A stretch of 64,000 bases of DNA from Cycas panzhihuaensis (taxonomy: Eukaryota > Plantae > Cycadophyta): the NCBI GenBank assembly GCA_023213395.1, contig CM041465.1, positions 150,605,741 through 150,669,740 of the forward strand, given 5' to 3'. Positions 38,101 to 51,800 of this stretch are shown piece after piece. The stretch's first letter is position 1; the number at the start of each line of letters is the position of its first letter. The notes under the pieces were generated by a model that worked only from the letters and a program-made list of their open reading frames with translations, searched no databases and was not told the origin of the DNA. The position numbers and the translations under genes are program-made.

Positions 38101-40219
38101 TCTACTATAGATAATGATCTAGGTACTATTCAAAAAGCTTTGGAGTCAAAAGAGAGCCAAGTCTGAATGAAGGCCATGGAAGAGAAAATAATGACCTTAG
38201 ATAAAAATAATACATAGGATTTAGTGGATTTTCCTGATGGCAAAAAACCTGTTGATAACAAATGGATCTTCGAAAAGAAGTTCTGGCCAGATGGTATTGT
38301 AGAAAAGTACAAGGCCTACTTGGTAGTAAAGGGCTATTCCTAGGTTAAGGGAATAGATTTTTATGAGGTATTTTCTCCTATTGTAAAAGTAGCTTCAATT
38401 AGATTTTTATTGGCTATAACAACTTATTATGACCTTAAGGTGGATTAAATGGATATAAAGACTATATTTCTTTACAGTGAACTTGAGGAAGAAATTTATA
38501 TGTTATAGCCTAAAGGGTTTGAAGTTATAGGGAAGGAGAATATGATATGCAGGTTGAAGAAGTCATTATATAGCTTGAAATAATCATTGAGGATGTGGTA
38601 TCATAAGTTTGATTCACATATATTAGTCGATGGCTTTATGCACAGTAAAATAAATTATTATGCCTATTATAAATAGGTTGGTGATCACTTTGTTATTCTA
38701 GCTTTATATGTTAATGATATACTTTTAGTTGGTAACAGTAAAAAGATGAACCAACTTGTGAAAGGCCAAATTGCATCTCATTTTGAAATGAAGGACCTCG
38801 GTGCTGCATATTTTATTTTAAGTATTGAGATTAAAAAGAATAAGAGAAATAAGAAGATTTGGCTTAGCTAAAGGCTCACATTAAAATGATACTATAATAG
38901 TTTAGGTTGTAGGATAGTAAACTAATTAATATTCCTCTTCCTATTAGTTTAAAATTATCAACTAAATAATGCCTAAACACTCACTAAGAAGTTGAAGATA
39001 TGATATTTTCCCCTTATGCTAGTGCTATTGATAGCCTAATATTTGCGATGCTTTTTAGTTGACCAAACATTACCCATGTAATAGGAGCAGTTAGTAGGTA
39101 TATATAAAACCTAGGTAGGGAGCATTAGGTGGTTGTGAAAAGGATTTTCAAGTATCTACAAGGTATATTAGACTATGGAGTTTACTACCAAGGAGATCCC
39201 ATAGAGAGTAGAATAGTGTACCTACGAGTATTTGTTGATGCTAATTGGGCTAGAGATCTTAACAGTAGAAGATATACAAAAAGGTATGTTTTTACCCTTT
39301 ATGGTGATGTAGCTAAGTATATGAGTAAAAGACAACAAGTTATGGTACTATATAGCATAAAAGTAGAGTATATGATAGCTACTCATATATGCAAGGAAGC
39401 AATTTGGTTATAAAGATTATGAATAGATATTGGCTTCAAGCAGGATGTTGCGAGGATAGATTGTGATAGTTAAGGTATAATCTACCTGATAAAGAACCCC
39501 ACTTTTCATGCTCGGTCCAAGTATATTGATGTGCAATACTATTTTGTGAGAGAAATAGTTCAAGATCACAAAGTGGACTTATAGAAGATTGCTATATAAG
39601 AGAATATTGTAGACTTATTGACTAAGATTATTAGTATAAAAAAAAATAGATGGTGCAGAAAGGTAATAGGTATTTGTGATTTTGGCATTAAGTAGTTATA
39701 TATGCAAGTTTCTTATAAAGTGTTCAATAAGTGGGAGATTGTTGGATATGTTGAACACTTTGTAAGTGTTACATGGATATAGGTGTTACACCTAAGCCCC
39801 TTTATAGGGTTTGGGGTCCCATTGTAGGGCCCCTGGTTCAAGGACTTAGGGGACTAGTAGCCCCCCAAGTGGGGGTTTGAGGGCAAGAGCCCTTGAGAAA
39901 AGTAAGCCCTTTTTTAACCCATGGTTTATGTCCATTGTATTATAAAATTATAAGGTGGTATCTTGTAAAGTTATATCTATATATTCTTATGTAATGGCAC
40001 ATGTAAAAGGTTGGATGAGTCTTTGATGAGTTGATGAGAAGAGTTAAGGTTTTTATCCCTATAATTCTTTAGCTATTACTCAAATTAATAAAATCTCTAT
40101 GCTTAGACCTAAATCTCTTGGTGTTCTTCATTGTGTGCTTGGTTTTTTTATGACATTTATTCTTTACATGGTTTAGAGTTATGTTAATACATTGCTTCTA
40201 CAATTATATTTTCTCTTCA
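35163..40219 (+). mobile_element. Full-length degenerate Ty1/copia element, Tork/Tnt1-like
   Basis: LTRs 35163-35659 and 39740-40219, perfect TSD TTATA, PBS-Met remnant at 35662-35673, PPT AAGTGGGAGAT. Confidence 0.9.
35745..39690 (+). pseudogene. gag-pol: Copia gag-PR-INT-RT-RH polyprotein, many stops
   Basis: gag KMEIEKFNG*NFELWKLKMED; PR YVTPHKERF; GAG-pre-integrase LWHQRLGHIREK; RT; RH FVDANWARDLNSRR and FHARSKYIDVQYYF. Confidence 0.9.
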
Positions 40220-42633
40220 TTATATTTATAGTTGTATGGTTAATACACACTTGATTTCTTATTTGATGGTTAATCCATTCCTCTTTTTTCATATCAATGA
40301 TGATTAGGACCTTGGTCTGTGGCTCTAATGTCCACCCAATGGACTCCTTATGTTGGAAAAGGTGCCTCCTTGATTGCCTGTAACTTGTTTCTTTACTGAT
40401 TTTTACTTCATTTTTGCTTGTTAAGCCTTATTTTCACCTTGATATCACTTGATATTAATTGATTACTACCTTTAAGACTTATCACTTATGAATTTTCTTA
40501 ACTATATGATGAAAAGCTAATGAAAAATGAATTTCATTTTCTTATTGCTTTACTTTTTTACTGTATTAGTGGTATTGTAAAGCAGGGTGCAATGCTACAA
40601 AGATATTTGTGGTACTACAAATAAATTTATGATATGACTATAACCAACCCAAATTTAAGTTGAATGGAAGCATTCAGTATATTTATGATGGATTGCTAGC
40701 TTTGTCAGGCCATGTCATCTCTAAGTTAGCTTGCATTAGTCTTGAGAGACCAAACATGCCTCAATCTTCTTATTTTCTTTGCTTTTCTCAAGGAAAATCT
40801 CTTAAACCATGAGCATCACTCATGGTTTTTGGTTGATGTTTTTTCCTACATTATGGGTAGAAAACCACCAACCCTTCACCCCATTTCATCTATAAAATCC
40901 CCTCATTTTTCTAAAGGAGGGGAGAAGACATTTTATAAGAGTACCCTACTATTATACTTTCAAATTTTTGATAGAATACTAGCAATTTAGAGCAAACAAC
41001 TAGCTATTATTTAAGAGATTACAAACAAGTAACCATAAGCTATCAGAGAGTCCTTAAGGGAAAGATTTAGTAGCCATTAGCCATCATTCCCTTACAAAGG
41101 TATAGGTAATCCACTCATCCTTACTTAGGTTAGTATTCATTCTCTTCTCTTCATCTTGGTCATGCTATATTATGTGATTTCATGATGGAAATTTGCTAGT
41201 AGGTGTCTTTTATTATTTATCATCTCATTTTCTTAATGAGTGGAATGTCTTCTTACACTCTTTTCTTGTTTCATGGTTGATCTTTTTAAACAAGTTGCAA
41301 TATTAGGGAGAATTCCTAAGTACAACTTAGAAAACCACATATATTTACAAGACAATTACTATTCTAAGGCACTCCAACCCATCTTATCTCATTCTTTTTC
41401 ACTTATAGATTAGAGATTATCATTTGATATATGTACTTATCTTTTTATAAGCCACATATATGATTGAGCATTATTGGATCTCTTTCTTTCATGAGGCACT
41501 AACTTGTATGTAGGAAAGAGAAAGATAGTTCTCAAGGTCATCTATTTTGAGTTCTTACTTAAAAGGACTGTCACATTTCTTTACACCAATTGTTTCCAAA
41601 GAGGTAAGCTTGAAAGTTTATCTTATTGTGTCTTTCTTTTAATTTGGTAATTTTTACCTTTCTTTTTTTTGTTATAAGGGGTTTTGGTAAGTAGAAATGC
41701 TCTTAAAATCCTCCTAGGAGCATGTAAATATTAGCTCCATCTCCTTCTTATCATGCCAAGTATGCTACAATTCATAGAAGGAAGCTATTATTTCATCAGC
41801 CTACTCTTTTTCAGGTATACACCATCTCTTTTAGTCTATTGTGCTTTGTTTTATGCTTTTAAAGGAAAAGAAATAAGAAGAAAAGAGAAAAGAAAAAACA
41901 ATGAAAATTTATTTATTTTTCTTATCATTTCTTTTTCTTCTTATTTCCCTAAAAGAAAGAAAAAAAGAAAGAAACAAAAGAGAGGAAGAAGTAAAGAAAA
42001 TGTTTTTTTTAGTTTTCCTAGTTCCTTTCCTCTTTTCCTTTTTCTTTCATTTAAAAAAAAAAAAAACAAGAGAGAGAGAGAGAGAGAGAGAAAGAGAAGA
42101 AGTAAAGAGAAGGATTTGCTTTAGTTTACCTAGCTCTTTTTCTCCTTTTATTTCTTCTTTCTTTTATATATAAAAAAAAAAAGAAAGAAAAAGAGATAAA
42201 GGAAAAGGAAAGGATTATTTGCATTGCATTTTCTTTATCCTCATTTGCACTTACATTGTATTACATTTTTTAAGTAGGGGAATGAACCAATAGATTAAAT
42301 AATAGATTTCGAGCCCAAAATGTGAGGAGGGGCCATGCTAACATGAGTGTCTTGAATCTATAACCCACTAGGCATAGGCTAGTTATATTCATCCAAATTA
42401 AAAGACCATATAGTTATACTTTAAGATTTGGTTGTGACTTCCCATTTTTCCATAGACATCATTTGATGTCCAAGAGTCACCTATTCCTTTTAATGCACAT
42501 GTGCTCTTACTTAAATACCTTTAGTTTAGCCTCTTAGGTAGAAAGAAATGACTCCCCTTACATGCATGCTCAAGTAGCACATGAGGGCCCTATGTTAGTA
42601 TTTTAGGACTCATTGTACACATGTAATTCCCCC

Positions 42634-45600
42634 TGTTATGGACCTTTTTTGTAATGGGAGTACGATCAAGAGATTTTAGAGAGTATCCATAGACATAAGA
42701 GTATTTGAATAGATTAAATAGTTGAATAACTAAATAATTGATTGATTAATAAATAAGTTATTGTCCACAATATATTGAAGGCCATATATATGTGTGCATA
42801 ATAAGCCCCTTCACATAAAGGTCACAACTATTCATAAGACACCCTTTTATTTAATAATCAATTAGTTAACCCCTTAAGGAGGTTCATAACAATTCCTCCC
42901 CCTTAAGATGTTTCACCCATAAAACATATTCAAATGATTAGTTGATTACTTTATTCAAGATGGTTTGTAATAAGACCTTCTTGAAATGTTTTGTCTTTGA
43001 AACTTGATTAAGATAATGATTAGTTTGATGTCTCCTCTTCCTGATAAAAGAATATCATAATCATCTAATGTATGTTGTTGAGTCATACATGCTAGAACTT
43101 CAAATAATAATGAATATGCATATAATGACAAGCTTGAATGAGTTGATATGGCTATGGACCAATTAGAATACTTTGGTAGATGTTAATTATAAAAATGTTG
43201 AATTCTTGTATGCTTTCACTGATAGGATGAAGATTGTTGCCAAGGTATCTTTCATTTAATTTTGACTTTAATTTGTCGACATATGTAGTATTATCTTAGA
43301 ATGTACAATTTTATATCAATGCTTGAAAACTTCTTAGATTTGTTAGGAGGCAAAATGGTTATTACTAAAATAGGGAAATTCTTGAGTACATATGATGTAA
43401 TTATTTGATTCATATTATTTGTTTGATTAAAAGGTAAGCTAGTTATTGTCAGTATCAGTGACTTTTATTTATATTGAACAAGAGATGTTATTGGTACTGG
43501 TTGGTCATTCTTTAATTGATCAAGAAATATAGATATCACCACTAACATTAGAGACCATTTTGGTATATACTTGATATTTTTATAAATTATTACATTTTCT
43601 TTTGGGAACGACATTAATATTTTGTCCTTATCAGCTACTAATGAGTTGTCCTTATTTTCTTGTAGTATATTATTTTCTTCTTCTTGCATGCTCAAATTAT
43701 GTATCAAGATTATGATTTGATTTATAGCCTCTTTTTCTTCTAGTATTGCATGATCTTGTATTCCCATGACTTTTAATATAGATGCGTCATCTTCATCTAC
43801 GTTGTTGACAGATTTATCCATATGTTTTTCATGATGAAATGAATTCTCTTGATGTAACTCTTATAATCTTTTTACTTGTTCATTTAATTTCTTATTTAAT
43901 GCTAGTAAGTAAGTGTCATTGAGGTTTACTAATGTTAGAGAAAATGTTTTATGTTTATCTCTACTTTTTGAATATGAAAACTTCTAATTTCTTTCCAATT
44001 TTCCATAAGTCCTTACTTTTGAATATTCTTTGGGTGATACTTTTATCTTTGGCAATTCCTTATTTGTAAAAACCAAGTTGCCTAATGTAGAATATGAAAA
44101 TAGTTTAGAATTTGGCACTTGAAGAGGTTTATGTAAACTAGTCAAATAACTGTATATGTCATAATTGTATGTTGTTAACAAAGGTGGATCAACCTTTACT
44201 TCTAATAGTTCCACTTTTCAAGTAATTTTCATTGGGAAGTAATGCCTAATCCTTTAAATAGTATTCAAGCTAATGATGATTGACTAACTTTATTCCCATT
44301 TGTTTAACGACCTTGTTATGTTACTTCATTAGTAATCAATGGCTTTATAAATCACACTCCTACTATTTCATCCATTCTTATAATGTCATAAAGATCTTAC
44401 CCTTGATACCCAGTTAAGAAAATGCATAAGGATGTACTACCTAGAATACCCATCATATTTCTTATAGATTTATATAATATCTTATCAGTAGCCATAAGTA
44501 TTCCACTGGCCAAACTATCTTCAATCCATAACTGTGTAACCAATACCTTCCTATTCTTCCTAGCCATAACATAAATAGGATTATAATATGATAACTGGTA
44601 AATAATGGCATGAGTACAACTTACGTTATATCGTCCCATGTTAAATGCTCTACTATTCTCAAGTTTTGTTGCATATTTATTTTGTGTTGTAGGGTCAAAT
44701 CTTGCTAGCACAAATCTTATTCCTTAAAATAATACTTCTATTTCCTTATTGTGTTTATGAATATCTTATTAGTATTATACAAGATGATGGAGACAGTATA
44801 TGTAGCAATGTTATGGGAATAAATAGGCTAGCAACTAGTCTTGTAGTTATAGGAGGCGAGAAGATGATAGTATGAGAACAACTTAGAATTAATTATTTTC
44901 TTGTATTGTATTGTAGTATGTGTAATTATAATAGTATATTACCTATGCTAATCATTTATATCTTTTGGTATTTTTAATCTTGAATTTCAACTCTTTTATC
45001 AAGTGATATCAAACCTTATATGGAATGGCAAATAGACCTCTCTTTTGAATTTGAGAATATTCTAACTTGTATTATACTTTAGACCTTATGACAATTTAGC
45101 TTTCATTATTGTGTTGATGGTTATGGGTATAAGCACTCATCTAAAAAAGATAAGAACATTAGATGAATCAATAAACCATCTCTCCTTAGACTAATCAGAT
45201 GTGAGATGGTAAACTACTTATTTGCTAACACAAAATGCAAACCAGCTATTTTGAATTGCCTCTTGATGTTGCTATATATGTCCATGGTTGCTATGTAAGA
45301 AATTACCTTCTCACAATAATATATAACACAAGAGAGAGGGGCAATGGCAGTATATATGCCAGTATAAATATATCAAAGTATATTGTCCAACTTGTGATAT
45401 GATAATGTCAATATTATAAATTGATTTTTTTCATATAAAATATATATTATATGAATTAAATTAAACATATATAATATCTAAATGGATTTGGGTGAATACG
45501 ATACAATTAAGAAATTATAGGCATATCTAAAAGATGTTATGCATAAAGATCCATAGTATTTGAGTTCAAATCAAATGTGCAAATGTATATATAAGTGCCT

Positions 45601-47187
45601 ACTAAATATATTGGAGAATGAAAATTGTAATTTGCAAATAAAATATGCCACATAACTTGGACTGTTCCCTAAACTTTAATATATATAATAATATAGCCAT
45701 GTGACTTTCGTATATATAAAAGTGTATTAATATTTTATTAACTTATGCTTGTATGAAGTTTGTGGCTGGTAATCTATGTGCTGGTAAATATAACCAATGC
45801 ATGTAAATATGTCTATGGCTCGTAAATATTACAGAGGATGTCTTTCTTTACAATGATAAAAATCAAACCCCAGTTTACACTACTATTTAATACTATAATT
45901 CTAACACTGTATAGTATAAAATTTGATATATATGTACATGAATTGTGTATGTAGTATAAAATCTATCATACAATGTACAATGAGGGGTGTTTGTATGTGT
46001 TGTAGATAGAAGTAGGATGGTGGCAAATAATTCAAACATGATAGAATTTATATAGTGAGATGGATTTGAGCTGAGATAAAGTTGTAGCTCAGGTAGATTA
46101 ATTACAATTGTAATAATCTCCACATAATCAAAATTATACGATACTATAATTTAGATGGCTATCAATAATATTATATATAATTAAATTGTATTATAATATG
46201 CCCATCTTTTTTTTTGTGATGATGTTCTTATGGGACTACGTGCTAGATGGCTAGTGAATATTTTCACATAAAATAAATATTTTTGTCACTTGATAAATGT
46301 TTTAATAGCATAGATATATTATGCAAAGAAGAGAAAAATGGGCAAATATATTAATAGCCGATACAAATATTTCCACATAAAGAAAATTAACAATCAACCC
46401 TATCCCTCTCGACACCCTAAGATATGAATAGATACAAAATCTAAGGCAATCGGTCCTATGTCCTCATAGAGGATGATGAGCACCCAGCTTCTAGTGAACA
46501 AAATAGGGAAGAAATTGAGGGAAGAAATAGTAATGAAATAAAGGTAATTTGATTGCACTTATTATTTAACACCTAGTGTAAAGGTAGGATGTATATGAAT
46601 GACTTAATTATTTGATACAGTGCAAGATATATTGACATATTCTATTAACAAACTATATGCTTTGTCAAATACTTATGTCCCAATGTGAAGATCATCCACT
46701 GATGGTAATTTTTTAGGTGTTTTGATCTAAAATGATGATAAAATGGATCTGACCATTGATGTCACCTATAAAATTAGGTGAAAACTTTGCAATCATGTTA
46801 TTTGACAATTTACATAGGTGTTACAAGGCATAATGTTTATTAAGGGCTATGTTGTTATATACACTGTAATGTGATATTTTTTTTGCATTGCATCATAATT
46901 GAGCTAGACCGAACTTGCTCTAATATTATTTGTTACAGACCTTTTCTATAATGGGAGCACGATCAAGAGATTTTAGGGCATATCTACAAATATAAGAGCA
47001 TTTGAATAGATTAAATAGTTAAATGATAAATAATTAATTAATTGATAAATAAGTGATTATCCACAATACATTAAAGCCCATATATATATGTGCATAATAG
47101 GCCCGTTCACATAAAGGTCACAACTATTTACAAGGCATCCTTTCATTTAATAATCAATTAGTTAACCCCTTAAGGAGGTTCATAACA
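42634..47187 (-). mobile_element. Non-autonomous gypsy-derived LTR element (gag/protease-like remnants, no RT/INT)
   Basis: 257-bp LTR pair 42634-42891 and 46931-47187 (TGTTA...TAACA), PPT AAGGGGGAGGAAT, decayed PBS-Met at ~46917-46929, near-TSD CCCCC/CCCAC. Confidence 0.85.
43465..45290 (-). pseudogene. Degenerate long ORF with gag-like and retropepsin-like segments
   Basis: ORFs 44397-44711 and 43984-44214 join in one frame through deamination-type stops. WIEDSLASGILM...YDIIRMDEIVGVRFI resembles the D[ST]G and ILG protease motifs. An upstream KLS*GLK segment is gag-like. Confidence 0.45.
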
Positions 47188-48526
47188 CCCACACCCTAGG
47201 TCTACCATCATTTAGGCATAATCATGTTAGGACATCACTCTTATGAGAATTTCACATACCTATACTTACCTATTAGTTTTTGTATCCAAGCCTATTCTTG
47301 AAAGCTGATAAACACTCTCCACCATTATCAATTCGTAAGACCTTAATCTTATGTCCATTTTTATTCTCTACCAACTCCTTAAACTATTTGAAATAAGTGA
47401 AGGCTTATGATTTTTCTCTCAATGGAAAAATCTAAACTTCTCTTGAAAAACATCCATGAAAGTTATGAAATATCTTACTTCTCATAATGAGATGATAGAC
47501 ATTGGTCCACAAATATCAAAATAAAGCAATCCTAATTATTTCTTCAATCTCCATACATTCTTCTTTGAAAATATTTCTCTATTCTACTTGCTAAAAGTAT
47601 AAGGTTTATATAAATAACTTTTATTATTAATCAAAAGTAGACCATATACCATTTTTAATTTATACATCAATTAGAGACTGGAGTAATTTCAATGACCCAT
47701 TCTTTCATGCCATAATTTCTACTTAGGTGATATAAAAAGGAACGCTCTTTGTATATAAGAGTATCCTTGTTATTTTGATATATAACTCCCTCTTAGTCTT
47801 ATAGCTATAATCTTGTTCTATTTGTCACAGCCTGTGTACTATCCTTGAGTAAATTTTATAGTCATATATTATTATACAATGTCACTAACTTAAACAAGAT
47901 TTACCTTTAGATTAATTACATACAAAACTTTTTCTAAATGTAATTTATCACCATTTAGCAAAGCAAATGGTACTTTTCTAATTCTAATAACCTCTAACTC
48001 CATGTCATCCGTAATAGTTATTTTTTTATTTACTTTCCACATCTTGTAAAACCATTCTAACCTTCTTATCATAATTTTTAATGCACATGAATCAATGAAC
48101 CATACATTCAATACAATAGAACCCATTTTATACATTGCAATAAATAATCATGTAGTAATTATGTTAGATGTCTTTTTAGTTAAGTCCATTATATGACCAT
48201 GTTATCTAGGTAGATATTGTTACCATTATTATTATTGCTCTTATTATTAGGGTTGATTTCGAGGTTATTGAGAGCATTGTTATCATTTCTATACCCAATA
48301 ATCCTTCTTCATGTGACCTAATTTTCCATAATGATAACATTTTAGTCTATATTATCCCTTCGATACTCTCAGTTTATATTTTTGAATTACAATTTTAGAA
48401 GGTACATTGTTCTTTAGAATATAATCATGTTTATATTTAGATTTTGATGCTAGTATTCTAAAAGATTTATTGTGCATGTGCTTTAATTTCTACTTATATT
48501 CCATAAGCAGCAATTCCTAAGATATA

Positions 48527-48880
48527 ATCATTATAGTGGATAATTTATTAGATAGTGTTAATATGGCTATGATTTTTTTATATGGGAGTGGTAGAATTTT
48601 TAGTACATAAGCTATGATTTTTAAATTAGAAATGATCTCACCAATTATTAATAATTAATCTTAAATTAATTTGATATCTCTCATAAGATCTACTATGTTT
48701 CTTATCATATTCAATATGTATAGATGGCTCTACAATTTGAGAGATTTCACATTGTACTTATATTTAAATAGGTTCATAACTATATCCCATACATGCTTTA
48801 GTGTAGTGGCATCCATGATGTTCAAAATGATGCTACCACTGATTGATAAGTTGAGAAATATGAATATTATCTTTATCTTT
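48527..48880 (+). repeat. Copy 1 of a 354-bp direct duplication flanking the copia at 48883-54067
   Basis: Aligns without gaps to 54068-54421, with about 15 mismatches by eye. Confidence 0.95.
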
Positions 48881-48882
48881 CA

Positions 48883-51800
48883 GAGATAGATGGAAGATGT
48901 CTTTGTTATTGATTCACAATGTATATATACAATGAGAGCAACAACTGCCTAATAACTATCTAATCTACCAATGACATGTGTCCATCATTTAATTTCATTA
49001 CATTAGAGTGGACTTATATCTTAACATAATTATTTCCTAAGATAAAACGTTATATTCTAACACCCTCTCTTAATGTTTTATCCAATTAATCTTATCTTGT
49101 CTCTTAATATTTGAAATCTTTCCTTTCCCAATGGCTTGGTCAGAATATCTGCAATCTAATCATGAATTGGATAATAGACAAGATCTACTTCTTTATTTTG
49201 TACTTTTCTCTTATGAAATGGTGCTGAACTTCAATATGTTTAGTTTTGGTGTGGAGTATTGGATTCTTGGTCAGCTTGATTATACTTTGATTGTTGTAGA
49301 AGAGTGTAGTTGCTATTTCTTAAGGTACATCTAGATCTTTTAATAACTGTCTGAGCTAGATTGCTTCAGTGGTAGTGCTTACTGTTGATTTGTATTCTAC
49401 TTCTGTTGAGGATAATGCTATAGTGATTTGATTCTTACAACTCCATGAGATTGGTGAATAGCCCAAAAAGAAGCAAAAGCCACTAGTGGATTTCCTTTGT
49501 TCTTTATCACCTACCCAATCTGAGTCATAGAAACCTATTAGCTAAAGTGATGTTTCTCTTAGAAAGTTCAGTTTTAAGTCTATTGTTCCCTTGAGATATC
49601 TTAAGATCCTTTTGTCAGCATTCTAATGTCTTATCTTTGGCTCATGCATGTATTTAAATATTAAGCTCACAGCATATGAAATATCAGGTCTAGTTACTGT
49701 GAGATAGATAAGACTTTCAACAAGTTGCCTGTACAAGGTTTCATTAAAGCAGTGATCTTCTTTATTCAGAGTTAAATTATAATTTACTTCCATTGGAGTA
49801 GAGAAAGGATTACAATCTTCCATTCTAAACTTAGTTAGTAGATCCTTGATGTATTTGCTTTGACATAAGGTAAATTAGCTGTCATGTTGTTGAATCTGAA
49901 TCCCCAAGTAGAAGCTTTGGACTTCGAGATTAGTCATTTTAAATTTGCTTCCCAGTTGTTTCTTTATGTTTGCTATAGAAGCTTCATCATTGCCTATGAT
50001 AAGCATGTCATCAACATTAACTGCTATAATGGTTATTGCCCCATTCTTGCTTTTCTCGTACACACTTGAGTCAGAACTACTTCTTTGGAAGCCATTTTTA
50101 TAGAGGTAATTATATAATTTGGTGTACCAAGCACGTGGGACTTGTTTCAATCCTTATAGAGTCTTTTTTAACTTACAGAATATATGTTCTTGTCCTGCTT
50201 TAATATAACCTTCAAGTTGGGACATATAGACTTCTTCTTCAATTTCTCTATTTAAGAAGGCACTCTTGACATCCAGTTAATATATTTTCCAGTTTTTACA
50301 TGTTGTTATAGTTATGATTGTTCTAAAAGTATTTAACTTGGCCATTAGAGAAAAGGTTTCTTTGTAGTCTATGCTTGTTATTTGTGTGTATCCTTTTGCA
50401 TCTAACATGGCTTTGTGTTTTTCTATTTTTCCATCTAGTCCTCTTTTAATTTTATAAATCCATTTGTAGCCTACAACTGACTTGTTAGAAGGCAACTCAA
50501 CTAGCTCCTAGGTCTAATTTTTGATGATGGAGTCCAATTCAACATCCATGACATTCCTCCATTTAACATGCCTTTTGGCTTCTGTGAAGGATTGTGGTTC
50601 AACATTGTTGATTAAGGCCTTTGGTCTTTGGCTCCTTATTCTGTGAGGCAGAATTTCTCCTTTGTTTTCTTCTAAAATCTTAAGATATTATTTGGTAATC
50701 TTTTTAAATTTTCACCTTTAATTTCTATGGTACTTTCTACAATTTATAAATGTGAATCTATGCTTGAGTTGTGTATGATATCTTCTGAAGTCTCTTTAGT
50801 GATAACACTAGGTTCTTCTTCTTCTATATGAATATATAGAGGAATTTACGGTATTATTTCAAGCATTTGAGTACCACTAGAATTTTCTTCTTTGTCCTCC
50901 TCATTGAAGACTATATCTTGACTTATATAGACCTTGTTGGTTATAGGATCAATGCACTTATAGGCTTTTGAATTTATATTTTATCCCACCATAATGTATT
51001 CAATTCTCTTTGAGTCTAGTTTCATCCTTTCTTTATCTGGAATATGGATGAATGCTTGGCTACCAAAAACCTTTAAGTGACTTATGTCTGGCTTCCTTCC
51101 TTTCCAGGTTCTTCTAGAGTAGATTGATTTACTACTTTAGTTGGACTCCTATTTAATAGATAATAAGTTGTGCTAACAACTTTGGCCCAATAGGTCTTGG
51201 AGACATTTTTTGTATGTATCATACTTTGTGCCATTTCCATAATGACTCAATTGTTTTGTTCTGCAACTCCATTAGATTGAGGTGTATATGGAGTTGTAAA
51301 TTATTTTTGTATTCCTTTGTTCTTGAAATATTCCACAAATTCTTTGGAGATGTATTCACCCCCTTTATCTGATCTTATACACTTAATTTTGGTATTGCTT
51401 TCTAGCTCAACTTTTACTTTGAACTCTTTAAATGCATCAAGTGCTTCAGATTTTGTATGCAAAAAATAGATCTAGATTTTTCTGGTGAAGTCATCTATAA
51501 AGGTGAGGAAGTATCTTTTCTTATTGATTGAGTGTGGAGTGATGGAACCACGGAGATCAATGTGTATTAACTCCAATTTTTCTTGGGCTCATCATTTACT
51601 TTCTTAAAAGGGAAGTGTATGTTGTTTGCTAAACTGACAACTTTTACATACAAAATGATTTGATGTGATATGAGGTAGTCCAATCACTAGATTTTTCCTT
51701 TCCATATTTTTTAGCTTATCTATAGGAAGATGTCCATACTTGAAATGCCACATTTTATCATTATTGCTTATAGCAGTACATGCTTTTGCATCAGGTAGAA

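Larger units (their letters stand above)
5523..47254 (+). mobile_element. Old Ty3/gypsy Tat element copy B (RT-RH-INT, long 3' region with extra ORFs and aRH, PPT, 3' LTR), host to several nested insertions; begins left of the window
   Basis: pol at 5880-8905 and PPT AAGGGGGTAG at ~35058-35067. The 3' LTR pieces 35068-35162, 40225-42633 and 47193-47254 sum to ~2.57 kb, matching the copy A LTR length. Confidence 0.8.
35068..47254 (+). repeat. 3' LTR of Tat copy B, split by two insertions (pieces 35068-35162, 40225-42633, 47193-47254)
   Basis: Starts TGTTTCCTAGCTTTCAGGAATGG after the PPT. The end ACACCCTAGG...ATTTCA resembles the LTR ends of copies A and C. Confidence 0.7.

Noticed and set aside
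41753-42173. ORFs 41753-42124 and 41901-42173 as genes
   Set aside because: Translations of purine/pyrimidine tracts and an (AG)n microsatellite inside the Tat LTR.
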